A stretch of DNA of 64,000 bases from a virus (IMGVR_UViG_2636416124_000002:18123-82122); one strand, 5' to 3'; positions 28,078 to 39,909 are shown, counted from the stretch's first letter. The notes: generated by a model not told the origin, from the sequence alone. Numbers and translations: made by a program.

Positions 28078-28868
28078 ATGACGACCCCGCCCCGCAGCAC
28101 CCGAGGGAACAACGACGGACCCCGGCACCCAGCCGGCCAACCCGCCCAACCCCCGGCCGCACCACCCGCACCGGCCCAACCGGAGCCGGCCGCACCCACC
28201 ACCGCCGAACCGAGCGAACCGAACCAGCCCGAACCGAAGGCCAAGGCGCCCAAGTTCGAAGGCGACTTCGACCCCGCCCGGTTCGAGAAGCTCGTCGAGA
28301 ACCTTCGCGGCGACGTCGCAGCCGAGAAGGCCAAGCGCGAAGCCCTGGAACAGAAGGCCAAGGACGACCAGGACGCCCTCATGAAGCGGGTGGCCGCAGC
28401 GTTCGGCCTGGAGACCGACGAGGCCAAGCCGCCCACCCCCGAAGAGCTCGCCAAGCAACTGGACGAGGCCCGCGGAGAGACCAAGGAGTCCCGCGCGCAG
28501 GCCCGCCAGACGCAGGTCGAACTCGCCGTCTACAAGACGGCCGGGAAGCACGGTGGCGACCCCGACGCACTGCTCGACTCACGCACCTTCGCCAACGCCA
28601 TCTCGAAGCTCGACCCGGCCACGGACGACTTCAACGAGCAGGTCGGCAAGGCAGTGAAGACGGCAGTCGACAGCAACCCGAAGCTCGCGGCCAAGGCGCC
28701 GCAGCCGAAGGAGCCGGAGCCCACCCCGCAGGGGGCGCACCGATGGACGGGGCCGGTGGGAGCAAGAAGCAGCTGGGCGAGGCGGATCTAGCTCGCATGA
28801 CTCCCAAGCAGATCAACCAGGCCATGGCCGAAGGGCGGTTCGACCGCTACCTGGGCAGGGCCGGATAA
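28078..28868 (+). CDS. Capsid scaffolding protein (frameshift near 28725)
   Basis: Pro-rich N-terminus, coiled coil, DPDALLDSRTF; repaired C-terminus ...MTPKQINQAMAEGRFDRYLGRAG. Confidence 0.85.
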
Positions 28869-28877
28869 GGACCCACC

Positions 28878-29738
28878 ATGTCCGTCGCGCTGTTCAAGCC
28901 TCAGATCTGGTCCGCCCAGATCCTGGCCGGTCTGGACGAGGCACTCGTCTACGCGCAGCCCCAGATCGTCAACCGCGACTACGAGGGCGAGATCACCTCG
29001 CAGGGCCAGTCGGTGCGGATCGTCACCATCGGCGACCCGTCGATTTTCCCGTACAAGTCCGGCGACACGATCAACTACGAGGACATCGACACCGCCGGTC
29101 TGGACCTGCCCATCGACCAGGGCGACGCGTTCGCGTTCAAGCTCGACGACGTCGACAAGGCGCAAGTCGCCCTCAACCCGATGGCCAAGACCACCCAGCG
29201 CGCGGCCCGGAAGCTCGCCGCCCAGGCCGACCGGTACGTCGCCTCCCTGTACACCGGGGTCGCCCCGTCCAACGTCGTCGGCACCAGCGGTGCCCCCATC
29301 AACATCACGACGAACCCCAAGGACGCCTGGGACAAGGTCCTCATCCCACTCCGCACCAAGCTCAACCGGGCCAACGTCCCCGGCATGGACCGGTACGTCG
29401 TCGTGTCCCCCGAGTTCACCGGGGCGCTCCTTCAGGACGACCGGTTCGTCCGCGTCGACGCCTCCGGCAGCGAGCAGGGCCTCCGCAACGGCATCGTCGG
29501 CCGCGCCGCAGGCTTCGACGTCCTGGAGTCCAACGTCACCCCGAACCCGTCGTCGGACACCCAGGTCATCCAGGCCGGCTACCCCGGCGCCCTGACGTTC
29601 GTCGACCAGATCCTGGAGACCGAGGCACTGCGCCTGGAGTCGACGATCGCCGACGCCGTCCGTGGACTCCACGTGTACGGCGCGAAGCTGGTCCGCCCCG
29701 AGGGCATCGCCGTCGCCTACGTCGACCCGTCCGCCTGA
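28878..29738 (+). CDS. Major capsid protein
   Basis: FKPQIWSAQIL...VNRDYEGEI...DAVRGLHVYGAKLVRPE. Confidence 0.92.
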   Translation: MSVALFKPQIWSAQILAGLDEALVYAQPQIVNRDYEGEITSQGQSVRIVTIGDPSIFPYKSGDTINYEDIDTAGLDLPIDQGDAFAFKLDDVDKAQVALNPMAKTTQRAARKLAAQADRYVASLYTGVAPSNVVGTSGAPINITTNPKDAWDKVLIPLRTKLNRANVPGMDRYVVVSPEFTGALLQDDRFVRVDASGSEQGLRNGIVGRAAGFDVLESNVTPNPSSDTQVIQAGYPGALTFVDQILETEALRLESTIADAVRGLHVYGAKLVRPEGIAVAYVDPSA

Positions 29739-29778
29739 TCCCTCCCACCACCTCGTCGGCGTTCTCTCTGGAGGAATC

Positions 29779-30153
29779 ATGCCGCGCACTGCTCTCACCC
29801 CGACCAACCTCGGCGCCACCGATGTCGCTGACCCGACCGGCACCGCGATCGACTCGACGCTCGTGACGAACGGTGTCGTCATCAACGCCGCTGACCCGTC
29901 GCGCACCATGCTGCGGGTCGCGAACTCGGCCGGCTCCACCAAGAAGATCACCATCCGGGCGGGCGGTAAGGACGGCCCGGCCTGGATGCGCACCCAGGGT
30001 GACACTGAGGTGTCCGTCGCCGCTTCCGGTACCCGGTGGATCGGCCCGTTCTCCGAGGCCCGCTACCTCCAGCACGGCGGGAAGCTGAACCTGGACTTCG
30101 AGTCCGGGTTCACCGGCACCATCACCGCTTTCAAGATCGCGCGGCATCTCTGA
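29779..30153 (+). CDS. Putative head decoration protein
   Basis: Beta-rich; directly after the capsid gene. Confidence 0.6.
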   Translation: MPRTALTPTNLGATDVADPTGTAIDSTLVTNGVVINAADPSRTMLRVANSAGSTKKITIRAGGKDGPAWMRTQGDTEVSVAASGTRWIGPFSEARYLQHGGKLNLDFESGFTGTITAFKIARHL

Positions 30154-30830
30154 TGGCGGCCCGCGAGTACGTCGGCGCGGGTGGCATGCGGGTCCTGCTC
30201 GACGAGCCGCTCGACCCGATGATGGCCGCCCAGGTCCACCGGGGCGAGCTGCGCCTAGCGGAAGACGGTGACCCACTGCTGGACCCGGACCAAAGGGTGC
30301 AGCCGCAGGTCATCCAGCACGGCGCGGACGCCCCCGCAGCAACCCGGGTCGGGAAGAACGTGCACGGCGCCGCCGAGAAGCCGGAACCGGGCGACCACAC
30401 AGGGGCATGGGCCACCTACGCGGTACGGCTCGGGCTCCTCGCCACGAAGGCGTCCACCATGTCCCACCGGCAGCTGCTGGAGTGGGTCGACGCCGTCGAG
30501 GAGACCGACACGGGTGTGGTCGGTGACGCGGGCGAGGGTGTCCGCGGCCCGGAGCACGCGAGCGTCGACGGCCGCCCCAGTGAGGTGCGCGGCGACGTGC
30601 ACCCGAAGTCGGAGCCCCGACAGTCCGAGCCGGCCGACGACGAGCCGACGACCGGCCTGCCGAAGAAGCCGGCGGTGAACGCCAAGGTCGACACGTGGCG
30701 GGAGTACGTCATCGCCCTGGGCATGGACCCGGATCAGGCGAAGGACGCCACCAAGCAGGAGTGCCAGGACTACGCCCAGGTCGTCGAGGACTCCCGCGAG
30801 ACCGCCGTCGACCCCGAGGGCCAGGAGTAG
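30153..30830 (+). CDS. Virion-region protein with two short helical repeats
   Basis: WATYAVRLG...LLEW and WREYVIALGM...KQECQDY. Confidence 0.65.
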   Translation: MAAREYVGAGGMRVLLDEPLDPMMAAQVHRGELRLAEDGDPLLDPDQRVQPQVIQHGADAPAATRVGKNVHGAAEKPEPGDHTGAWATYAVRLGLLATKASTMSHRQLLEWVDAVEETDTGVVGDAGEGVRGPEHASVDGRPSEVRGDVHPKSEPRQSEPADDEPTTGLPKKPAVNAKVDTWREYVIALGMDPDQAKDATKQECQDYAQVVEDSRETAVDPEGQE

Positions 30831-30833
30831 CCG

Positions 30834-31208
30834 GTGCCCTACGCGACCGTTCCCGATCTCGCAGCGTGGCTGGCCCCTGAGCCGGCCCCGCCGAACGCCA
30901 TGCGCCTGCTGACGTTGGCGTCGCAGCGTGTCGACCGTGCCCTGTTGGGGGCGTGGTACGAGGCGGACGACGCCGAGGTGGTGGAGGTGCTGCGGCAGGC
31001 GACGGTCCAGCAGGTGCATTGGATGCTGGAGCGGGGAGACGAGACCGAGGCGCAGGCTGATCTGCAGTCGATGTCGACGGGGTCGCGTTCGTTCACCCGG
31101 CGCACGGTCGGCCAGGGGGCGGGACAGTCTATGCAGTTGGCCCCGTCGGTGGTGGATCTGCTGCGGACCTGCGGCCGGCTCCGGTTCGATCCGCTGGTGG
31201 TGGGCTGA
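30834..31208 (+). CDS. Head-tail adaptor
   Basis: MPYATVPDLAAWL...LTLASQRVD; synteny. Confidence 0.75.
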   Translation: MPYATVPDLAAWLAPEPAPPNAMRLLTLASQRVDRALLGAWYEADDAEVVEVLRQATVQQVHWMLERGDETEAQADLQSMSTGSRSFTRRTVGQGAGQSMQLAPSVVDLLRTCGRLRFDPLVVG

Positions 31209-31546
31209 TGCCGGGCCACATCGGACGCCAAACGGTCGTGCTCCTCGATGCACCGTTGGTCGCCGGGGACTTCAACACGGAGGTGCGGGACTGGGCTCAT
31301 GCCACCCGTACCCCGGTGTACGGGTGCACTGTCGACTACTCGTCGTCGTCGGAGTTGCGTGAGGCCCGGGATCAGACGGTGACGGCCGCGTACCTGTACA
31401 TGCCGCGCCGCGCCCCCAGGGTGTCGGAGTGGTCCCGGGTGGAGTGGGGCGGCCGGACCTGGGATGTCGACGGGGTTCCGAAGGACGTCCAGGAGGCCGG
31501 TCCGCTGTCGGGGCAGACGGTGCGGCTGCTGGAGGTGGCGGGATGA
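31208..31546 (+). CDS. Head closure/stopper protein
   Basis: RVEWGGRTWDVDGVP; synteny. Confidence 0.75.
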   Translation: MPGHIGRQTVVLLDAPLVAGDFNTEVRDWAHATRTPVYGCTVDYSSSSELREARDQTVTAAYLYMPRRAPRVSEWSRVEWGGRTWDVDGVPKDVQEAGPLSGQTVRLLEVAG

Positions 31547-31875
31547 GCCGCATCGTCGTCGAGGTGGACGAGGGCGCTATCGCCGGGCTGGTCCACGACG
31601 AGGCTGTGCAGGCCGACTTGGGTGACCGGATGAAGCGGGCGGAGGTCGTGGCGAAGGCTACGGCCCCGGTCGATACGGGCGAGTACCGGTCGAAGATCCA
31701 CGTGGTGGAGCAGGCCGACCCGGACGGCACCCGGCACATGGACGCAGACGCCGACCACTCCATCTACGTCGAACTCGGCACCCGGCAGACCGACCGGAAC
31801 GGCCGCCGTATTCACCTGCCGAATCACACGCTCGGCAACTCTCTCGACGCCACAGGAGGCGACCACGATGTCTGA
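31543..31875 (+). CDS. HK97 gp10-like neck protein
   Basis: APVDTGEYRSKI...YVELGT. Confidence 0.8.
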   Translation: MSRIVVEVDEGAIAGLVHDEAVQADLGDRMKRAEVVAKATAPVDTGEYRSKIHVVEQADPDGTRHMDADADHSIYVELGTRQTDRNGRRIHLPNHTLGNSLDATGGDHDV

Positions 31876-32076
31876 CACCGTGAAGATGAAGCTCACGTTC
31901 CCCCGGGGAAGGCGATGCCCGGCGAGATCGTGGATGTTCCGGCCGACGAGGTCCACCGCTGGAAGGGCTTCGCCGAGCCCGTCGAGGGCGACCCGAAGGC
32001 CGACGAGCCCGCCAAGGCGTCCGCCGACAAGAACCCGACGACCGGCAGCGTGCCGCAGAAGGCCGCAGGCAAGTAG
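31868..32076 (+). CDS. Small virion-region protein (frameshift in G-run near 31905)
   Basis: Repaired reading: MSDTVKMKLTFPRGKAMPGEIVDVPADEVHRWKGFAEPV. Confidence 0.55.
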
Positions 32077-32078
32077 CC

Positions 32079-32510
32079 ATGGCCACCCCGCTGGTCCTCC
32101 CCAACTCGAAGCAGATGGTCATGGATCTGCTGTCCGACGCCATGCCCGGCGTTCGGGTCACGTCGAAGCTCCCCGAGGGCAAGACGCTCAACGGTGCTCT
32201 GCCCATCGTGAGGGTGCTCAGGGTTGGCGGGATCAGCGACATGCGCGGCTGGTCGGACCCGGCGACCCGGGACCAACCCCGGTTCTCCGTCGACTGCTTC
32301 GCTTCCGATGAGGGCGCAGCCATGCGCCTCGCCCTCCGGGTGTGCGCCGAGTGGGAGCTGCTCCCCGGCCAGTCCACGGAGGACGGCATCGTCGCCGGGA
32401 TCTCGCAGGAGACCGGCCCGCAAGACCGACCCGAAGAGCCCAACACCGGCATCAGCCGTGTCGGCATGATCCTGGGGATGAGCGTCCGCCCACCCCTCCC
32501 GAACAGCTAG
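32079..32510 (+). CDS. Tail terminator protein
   Basis: Synteny; VRVLRVGG...RFSVDCFA. Confidence 0.75.
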   Translation: MATPLVLPNSKQMVMDLLSDAMPGVRVTSKLPEGKTLNGALPIVRVLRVGGISDMRGWSDPATRDQPRFSVDCFASDEGAAMRLALRVCAEWELLPGQSTEDGIVAGISQETGPQDRPEEPNTGISRVGMILGMSVRPPLPNS

Positions 32511-32520
32511 GAGGCCCGTC

Positions 32521-33107
32521 GTGGGCGACTCTGCGAACATCATCGTCGGTACGGCGGGCAAGGCCTACGCCGCGCCGGTTGGCACGACTTTCCCGGCCGG
32601 TCCCGAGGTCGCCTGGCCGAGCGGTTTCGCCGACATGGGGTTCATCACCCCGGACGGCCTCGAAGAGGCCATGGCCGAAGAGCGCACCCAGCTCGACGCG
32701 TGGGGTGAGGACGCCCCCGTCGTCGACCTCGCAAAGAAGCGCACCCAGACGTTCAAGCTGACGTTCCGGGAGACGACCGCCCGGATCCTGTCCCTGTACT
32801 ACCAGGTGCAGATGGCGAACATGACGTCGACCGCAGCGGCCGTAGGCCCCCGGCGACCAAGCAGTTCCTGTCCTTCGGGAGCGGTTCGGTCACGGACACG
32901 GTCGAGATCGCGCTCGGCCTGGACGTCATCTACGGCGGCAAGCGCCACCGCATCATGATCGCCCGCTGCGGTGTGTCCGACCGAGGCGCCCGCCAGCACA
33001 GCGCGGACGACAGCTCGAACTTCGAGCTCACCTTCACCGCGCTGTCCGCGCCGGGTGGCGCCCAGTCCGTCCAGCACATGATCACGGACGTCACCCTGCC
33101 CGCCTAA
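32521..33107 (+). CDS. Major tail tube protein (frameshift in C-run near 32848)
   Basis: GKAYAAPVGT...DMGFITPDG; repaired frame continues ...FELTFTALSAP... Confidence 0.85.
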
Positions 33108-33201
33108 CGACTGGTGATCCGCTGCGCTCAATCCCTGGGCGGGGGCGGCACAGCGGATCACCTGCAAGCCCCCGCCCGCCCCTGCCCAAGAAGGACAAGC
33201 C

Positions 33202-33627
33202 ATGTCAAAGCCCAACCGCAAGATCATCAAGCTCCAGCAGATGCGCGCCCAGCAGGCCCAGGCCGCGAAGATCAAGCACGTCGACGTCATCTACGAAGTC
33301 CCGGGCGACGAGGTCGGCACCGTGCAGGAGAAGAGGTGCTCATTCCTCACCCAGGACTACTGGCCCGTCAAGGTCGTCCGCGCCGCCAGCGAGGATGGAG
33401 GCGTCGAGCAGATCGAGCTTCTCCGTAAGGTGGCCAGCCCGCCCGAGGCGTTCGACGAGCTGGTCAGCGTGGCCGACCTGACCTTCGCCGAGTTCAAAGA
33501 GCTCATCGAGGAACTCCAGATGGAGGCGGGTACCGACGAGGGGGAAGACTCCGGCTCCTCCAGCTCCTCGATGAGCACGCAGGAGCCGTCCGCGCAGACC
33601 TCCAGCGGTACTACGGCCGCCGCCTAG
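33202..33627 (+). CDS. Tail assembly chaperone G
   Basis: Lies between tail tube and tape measure; slippery GGGGGAA at 33540-33546. Confidence 0.85.
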   Translation: MSKPNRKIIKLQQMRAQQAQAAKIKHVDVIYEVPGDEVGTVQEKRCSFLTQDYWPVKVVRAASEDGGVEQIELLRKVASPPEAFDELVSVADLTFAEFKELIEELQMEAGTDEGEDSGSSSSSMSTQEPSAQTSSGTTAAA

Positions 33628-34031
33628 AGGAGTTCTGGGCCATGTCCTGGGGCGAAGGGGCCATGTCCTGGGCCGAGCTCCGGGACCTGGTCGAGCACCT
33701 CCCCGAGGACTCCGCGACGAAGGCGGCCACCGCCGGAGACGTGGACGGAAGGCGGTGGACACAGGGCACCTACCTGCAAGCCGCCACGTACAACGCCCTC
33801 CTCCTCATGATCCGCGTCCTGTGGGCCGCCCACCTCAAGGGCGAACCACCAGACATGCCGCCCGTCGAATCGCCCACCACCGAAGCAGACGAACGGCAAG
33901 CCGAACTCGAAGCCGCCGCCGTGGCGTACAGCGAGGCCCTCCTCAACCAGTACTCACCCGGCACCCAGACCGATCAGGCGGAGATCGACTACTGGGAGCA
34001 GAAACTCCGCGAACTCGAACCAACACCGTAA
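33540..34031 (+). CDS. Tail assembly chaperone T segment, reached by a programmed -1 frameshift
   Basis: The -1 frame is open from GGGGGAA: RLRLLQLLDEHAGAVRADLQRYYG...LVEHLP. Confidence 0.8.
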   Translation, partial: GGRLRLLQLLDEHAGAVRADLQRYYGRRLEEFWAMSWGEGAMSWAELRDLVEHLPEDSATKAATAGDVDGRRWTQGTYLQAATYNALLLMIRVLWAAHLKGEPPDMPPVESPTTEADERQAELEAAAVAYSEALLNQYSPGTQTDQAEIDYWEQKLRELEPTP

Positions 34032-34045
34032 GAGGGGAGGGCAGC

Positions 34046-37000
34046 ATGGCCGAGCCGACACTCGTCGGACGCACCCGCGTTTCACTCGTCCCCGACACGC
34101 GACAGTTCGGCAGCCGGCTCCGCGTCGAGCTGCCCTCCGCGATCCGCCAGCCGGCCAAGATGGCTGGGCAGGTTGCTGGGGAGCAGATCCTTGACGGGAT
34201 CCAGCGGAAGCTCGCCGCCGCCACCCCCACCGTCCGGGTTGGTGTCGACCTGGTGACGACGGTTGCCGAGGCGAAGCTCACCAAGCTCACCAAGGCCCGC
34301 ACCGTCAAGGTCGCTGCCGAGCTTGACGACAAGGCCGTCACCTCCGGCCTGACCCGGGTGACCCGGGACCGCACGGTGACGGTCCGGGCCGAGCTGGATG
34401 ACCGTGCGGCCCGGATCGGCATCGGCAGGCTCATCGACCAGCGGACTGTCAGGGTCCTGGCCCAGCTGGATGACCGGGCGGCAAGAGCGGGGATCGCCCG
34501 CCTCATCGACCAGCGCACCGTGCGGGTCGTCGCCCAGCTCGACGACACCGCCGCCAAGGCCAAACTTGCCGGGTTCGGGCAGGCCACCGCCGACGTCGTT
34601 GCGAAGATCGACGAGGCGTCGTTCAAGAAGGCACAGAAGGCCCTCGACAAGCTCACCGCGGACCGGCTCGTCCAGATCAGGGCCACCGTCGACACCCGGG
34701 TCGCCGCGAACGAGATCCGTGCTCTCGGTCAGCGCCAGCGGGTCCGCCTCGGGGTGGATGTAGACACTCGGGTTGCTGCGAACGACCTGGCGAACCTGAC
34801 CCGGCGCCGTACCGCCAGCATCGATGCCCGCGCCGTCACCGCCGCGGCGAACACCGCCCTCAACCATGCGGCCCGCGACCGGGTCGTCAACATCCGCACC
34901 CGCCTGTTCGGGCTCGCCGGGATCACCTCTTCCCTCGGCTCGTTCGGCAGCAGCGGCGGCGACGCCTCTGCCCAGGCAGGGATCCTCTCGGGGCGCATCG
35001 CGAAGATTGCTGCTGCTGCGCTCCTCGCTACACCCCAGCTGTCCGCCATGGGTTCCGCGATCGGGCAGCTCGGCCCACTCGCCGCAGTTGCCGCACCCGG
35101 CATCCTCACACTGGTCAGTGCGTTCGCTGCGATCAAACTCGGCACGGCGGGTGTCGGCGACGCCATCAAGGCCGCGTTCAACCCCGCACCCGCCGAAGCC
35201 AAGGCGGCCGTGACCGCGGCCCGGCAGGTCGAGTCCGCGCAACGCTCCCTCGCCACCGCCCAGCGCGGTGTAGCCGACGCCGAACGGAACCTGTCCCAGG
35301 CGCAGCGCACCGCCCGCCAAGCCCAGCAGGAGCTGTCCGCCGCCCGCAGGCAGGCCACCCGCGACCTGGAGGACATGAACCAGCGCCTCCGCCAAGGCGC
35401 CCTCGACCAGAAGCAGGCTGCGCTCGACATCGAGCAGGCCGAACTCGACCTCGCGAGGACCCGCTCCGACCCGACCGCCACGCAGCTTCAGATCCAGCAG
35501 GCCGACCTTGCCGTGCAGAAGGCGCGGGCCGCCGCCGAGGAGCAAAAGCGGCAGCAGAAGCGCCTCCAGGTCGACACCGCCGCCGCGAACAAGGCCGGGG
35601 TCGCAGGCTCCGACGCGGTCGTGAAGGCGCAGGAGCGGATCCGGGCGGCGAACGAGCAGGTCGCCGCCCAGGAACGCTCCCTGGCTGACGCCCACCGGGC
35701 CGTGGCCGACGCCACCCGCGCCGTCGCAGAGGCCCAGCAGAACGCCGCCGCCCAGACCACGAAGCTCGACGACGCCCTCAGCAAGCTGTCCCCGAACGCC
35801 CGCCGCTTCGTCGGCATCCTCCAGGAGATGGCCCCCGCCTGGCGGGCCATGAAACTCGACGTCCAGGACACCCTGTTCGCTGGGCTCGGCGAACGCCTCC
35901 AGGCCGTCGGCGGGCGAATCCTCCCCACCGTCCGGGCCGGACTCGTCGGAGCCGCCACCGAACTCAGCACCATGGCGAAGAACGCCCTGTCCGCCGTCGA
36001 CAACCTGGAGCGCAGCGGTCAGCTCCGGGGCACCTTCGACGTCATCCGCAGCGGCCTCGCCAACATGAACAGGATCCCGGGCCAGATCCTGACGGGCCTG
36101 TCCCAGCTCACCATCGCCTCCAAGCCCGCATGGGACCGCATCACCAACGGCGCCGGCGAGGCCATGGACCGGGTCATGGACAAGTTGGCCAAGGGGCTGG
36201 AGAACGGGCGCCTCGAAGAAGCCATCAGCACCGCCCTCGATGTGGCGGTCAGCTTCGGGCGGGTACTGGCGGACCTTGGCGGCATCATCAAGAACATCTT
36301 CGGGGCCGCAGCAGACGGCGGCGGCGACTTCTTCGCCGTGATTGGCGCCGCTCTGGAAGAGATCCGCCGGGTCACCGCCCTCCCGGAGGTGCAGGAGTCC
36401 CTCAAGGCCATCTTCGCCGCTGTGCAGGCCTTCGCGGGGCTCCTCGCCGGAGCCTTGGGTTCTGCTCTTCAGGCCGTCATGCCCGTCCTGGCGGCGCTCG
36501 CCCCGTCCGTCATCCAGATCACCCGACTCCTCGGCCCGGTCGTCCGCGACCTGATGGAGACACTCGGGAAGGCGCTCCTGCCTGTTGCGGAGGCCCTCGG
36601 CCCGGTGCTGGTGGTGGCCGCCAGGGCTGTCATCGCCCTGGTGAAGGCGGTGTCCCCGATGCTGCCGGTCCTCGGGAAGCTGATCGGTGACCTGCTTCCG
36701 CTCGTGACGCCCATCTTCGACACCCTCGTCACCGTCTTCACGAACTTGATCCCGGTCGTCACCCGCATCGCAGGGATGCTCGGGCCGGTCCTCAGCCCCA
36801 TCATCGAGGGCCTGTCCGCGGTCATCGGGGAGCTGGCGCAGCAGTACGCGGCGATGTTCATGCGGGTCCTGCAACAGCTCCTGCCGATCATCCCGATGCT
36901 CGTGCCGCCGCTGGTACAGATCGGGAAGAGCATCGGCGACATCCTCATCGCCCTCGCCCCCTACTCCCGCAACTGGCTTTGCTGGGCACGGAGTTCCTGC

Positions 37001-39909
37001 TCCAGTTGCTGCCTGCGATCCTGCCGCTGCTGCCGCCGCTGATCCAGCTCACGATGCTCATGACGCAACTGGCCACCGCAGTCATCCTGCGGGTCGTCAT
37101 CCCGGCGGTGGCATCGTTCGTCCGGCAGATCACCGGCCTCGGCAAGGCGCTGCGGCCCGGGGTCGACGCGGCGAAGTGGCTGACCGAGAACATCGCCCGC
37201 TCCTTCAAGTGGCTCGACGGCGACCTCCTCGGAGCGAAGGGCCGCATCCCGGGCCTGGTCGGCGGGGCGCTGCGCTGGTTCACCGACCTGCGAACCAAGT
37301 CTGTTCTGCTCTTCACTGCCCTGAAGGACAAGGTGGCCACCACGTGGTCCAGCCTGTGGTCCGACATCAACCTGATCGCCACCGCATCGTGGGGAGTCGT
37401 CCGCGCCGGGTTCGACGCGTTCGCAGAGCGACTGTCCGGGGCTTTCAACACCCTGAAGAAGGGCCTCGGGAAGATCTGGTCCGGGCTGAAAGACCTGGTC
37501 AAAGAGCCGATCAAGTTCTGGATCGACGTCGTCTACAACAAGGGCATCGTCCCCGTCTGGAACAAGACCGCGGCGAAGATCCCCGGTGTCACCGACCTCA
37601 AGCCGATGCCGACCCCGAAGGGATTCGCCCGCGGCGGGATCCTGCCCGGCCAGTCGTCATGGCGGCAGGGTGATGACCAGCTGGTGCCGATGCGCCGCGG
37701 CGAGGGCGTGTACGTCTCCGAGGCGATGCGGGACCCGTATGAGCGGGCCCGGCTCCACGCCGTCAACCAGGCGGCCATGCGCGGCCAGTCACTGCGCGCC
37801 TTCCGTGGCTTCGCGGAGGGCGGCATTTTCGACGGCATCACCAACGCTGTCGGGAGCGTCCTGTCCAAGGGGGCGGACGTCGCCCGCGGTGGTCTCGCGG
37901 ACCTGGCCGAAGCGGCGCTCTCCCCGGTCAAGAGCGGCATCACGAAGACCCTCGGGAAGAACAAGGGCACCTGGCCCGGCATGATCGCCCAAGCCCCTAT
38001 CGGGCTCATCAACCGGGCGATCGACTACATCCGCGGCAAGGACATCGTGGAGGGCACCGGCGACTGGCTGAAGCCCGTCTCCGCCCCTTACGGCACCCCG
38101 TTCGGGAAGGCCGGGCTCATGTGGAGTTCGGGCCGGCACACCGGTCTGGACTTCCCTGCGAAGACCGGCACGCCGATCCGGGCCGTGGACTCCGGGATTG
38201 TCCACAAGGCGGTCGACTCCGGGCCTTACGGCAAGCACGTCGAGATCAACCACGGGTCGGGCCTGTCTAGCCTGTACGCCCACATGTCCGCGATGCTCGC
38301 CAAGGCGTCGGACACGGTGAAGCGCGGCCAGCAGATCGGGCGGGTCGGAGCCACCGGCAACACCACCGGCCCCCACCTCCACCTCGAAGCCCGCATCACC
38401 GGCCGCACCGTCGACCCCATGCGGTACCTGGAGGGCGGCACCGGCGGGGACGCCGGGGCGGGCGTGGAGCGCTTCCGAGGTGTGGTCACCCAGGCCCTGG
38501 GGCAGGTCGGCCAGTCTCTGTCCCTGGTGAACACGACGCTCCGCCGCATGAACCAGGAGTCCGGCGGCAACACCCGGGCGGTCAACCGCAACGACATCAA
38601 CTGGATCAACGGCACGCCCAGCGTCGGGCTGATGCAGGTTATCCGGCCCACGTTCGACGCCTACGCCGGGAAGTACCGGAAGACCGGGCCCAAGCTGTAC
38701 GGGGTCAGCGTTGATCCGATGGCGAACATCTACGCCTCCATGCGGTACGCCCTCGCCCGGTACGGGTCCCTGTCCGCGGCGTACAACCGGATCGGCGGGT
38801 ACGCCCGCGGCGGCATCGTCGGCGGCGTGCAGATCAGTACCGGGCTGCGCAGGGGCGGCGGGTACGCCACCGGCGGGATCATCCGGGTCGGTGGCAAACG
38901 CATCGACACCGGGCCGATCGCCGCCTCCGTAGGGGCGAACTTTTTGAAGACGCTGGCCGGTACGGCGTCCGCGATCGACAAGGCCATGACGACCGTGGCC
39001 ACCGCGGTGAAGAGCGCGTTCAAGGGCGTCAAGACCACCCTCGATGACCGGCTCATCAAGAACCTCACCGCTCAGAACAAGACCCTGCAGAGCCTCGCCA
39101 CCCAGCGCGACAACCTCCGGGCGAAGATCGCCCAGGCCAACACGTTCGCTGCGGAGACGACCGCGTCCGCCTCGTCGTTCGCCTCCCTCACCGGGCTGCC
39201 CAACTCAGGTTTGCCGTTCGGGGTGGACGGCATCCTCAACGGGCTCAAGGTGCGCCTCGGGCAGCTCCAGGCGTTCTCCTCCAACATTGCCACCCTCGGC
39301 AAGCGGGGCCTGTCCAAGGAGTTCCTCGGCCAGCTCATCGCCGCTGGCCCGGACCAGGGCGCCCCGTATGCCGCGGCCTTGGTCAAGGCGACCGATGCGC
39401 AGCTGAAGAGCATCAACGCGACGCAGGTGCAGATCGGGAAGGCCGCTACCGCCTACGGGCAGAACGCCGCCGACGTGATGTACGACGCCGGGGCCATGTC
39501 CGGGAAGGGCTACCTGGCGGGGCTGAAGGCGCAGGAAGCCTCGATCGTGAAGGCGATGGCCGACCTGGCGAAGAAGATCCAGAAGACCATCAAGGTCGAA
39601 CTGCGCATCAAGTCCCCGTCCCAGGTACTCGCCGCACTCGGCCGGTTCACGGGCCTTGGCTTCGCCCGCGGGGTCCGCGACACCATCCCGCAGGCCGCCG
39701 CCGCAGCCGCCACCATGGCCCGCACCGTCCGGTCCACCGCCGCAGCCACCGTAGCCCGCACCGAGGTCAGCACCGTCAACAACACCAACGCGGAGCGGAT
39801 TCTCAACTACCACGCCCGCGTCACCGAGGTCGCCCCGAAGCGCAGCATCCTCGACGCCCTGGCGCAGGAAGACATGCTTCACCGCCCGGTCATGAGCGGA
39901 GCTAGCTGA
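34046..39909 (+). CDS. Tape measure protein with M23 peptidase and lytic transglycosylase domains (frameshift in C-run near 36958)
   Basis: About 1950 aa, Ala-rich repeats; HTGLDF...YGKHV...HxH (M23); QESGGN...GLMQVI...DPMANIYA (SLT). Confidence 0.92.

Noticed and set aside
34082-36874. 930-aa antisense ORF and other long shadow ORFs (23331..25301, 13555..14781, 14487..15911, 28788..30005)
   Set aside because: They are antisense or alternative frames of clearly identified genes; such open frames are expected in high-GC DNA and show no protein-like motifs.
14239-39909. Pseudogenised TraB, scaffold, tail tube and tape measure (defective prophage)
   Set aside because: Each break is one missing base in a C/G run with intact coding on both sides; not called as pseudogenes without read evidence.
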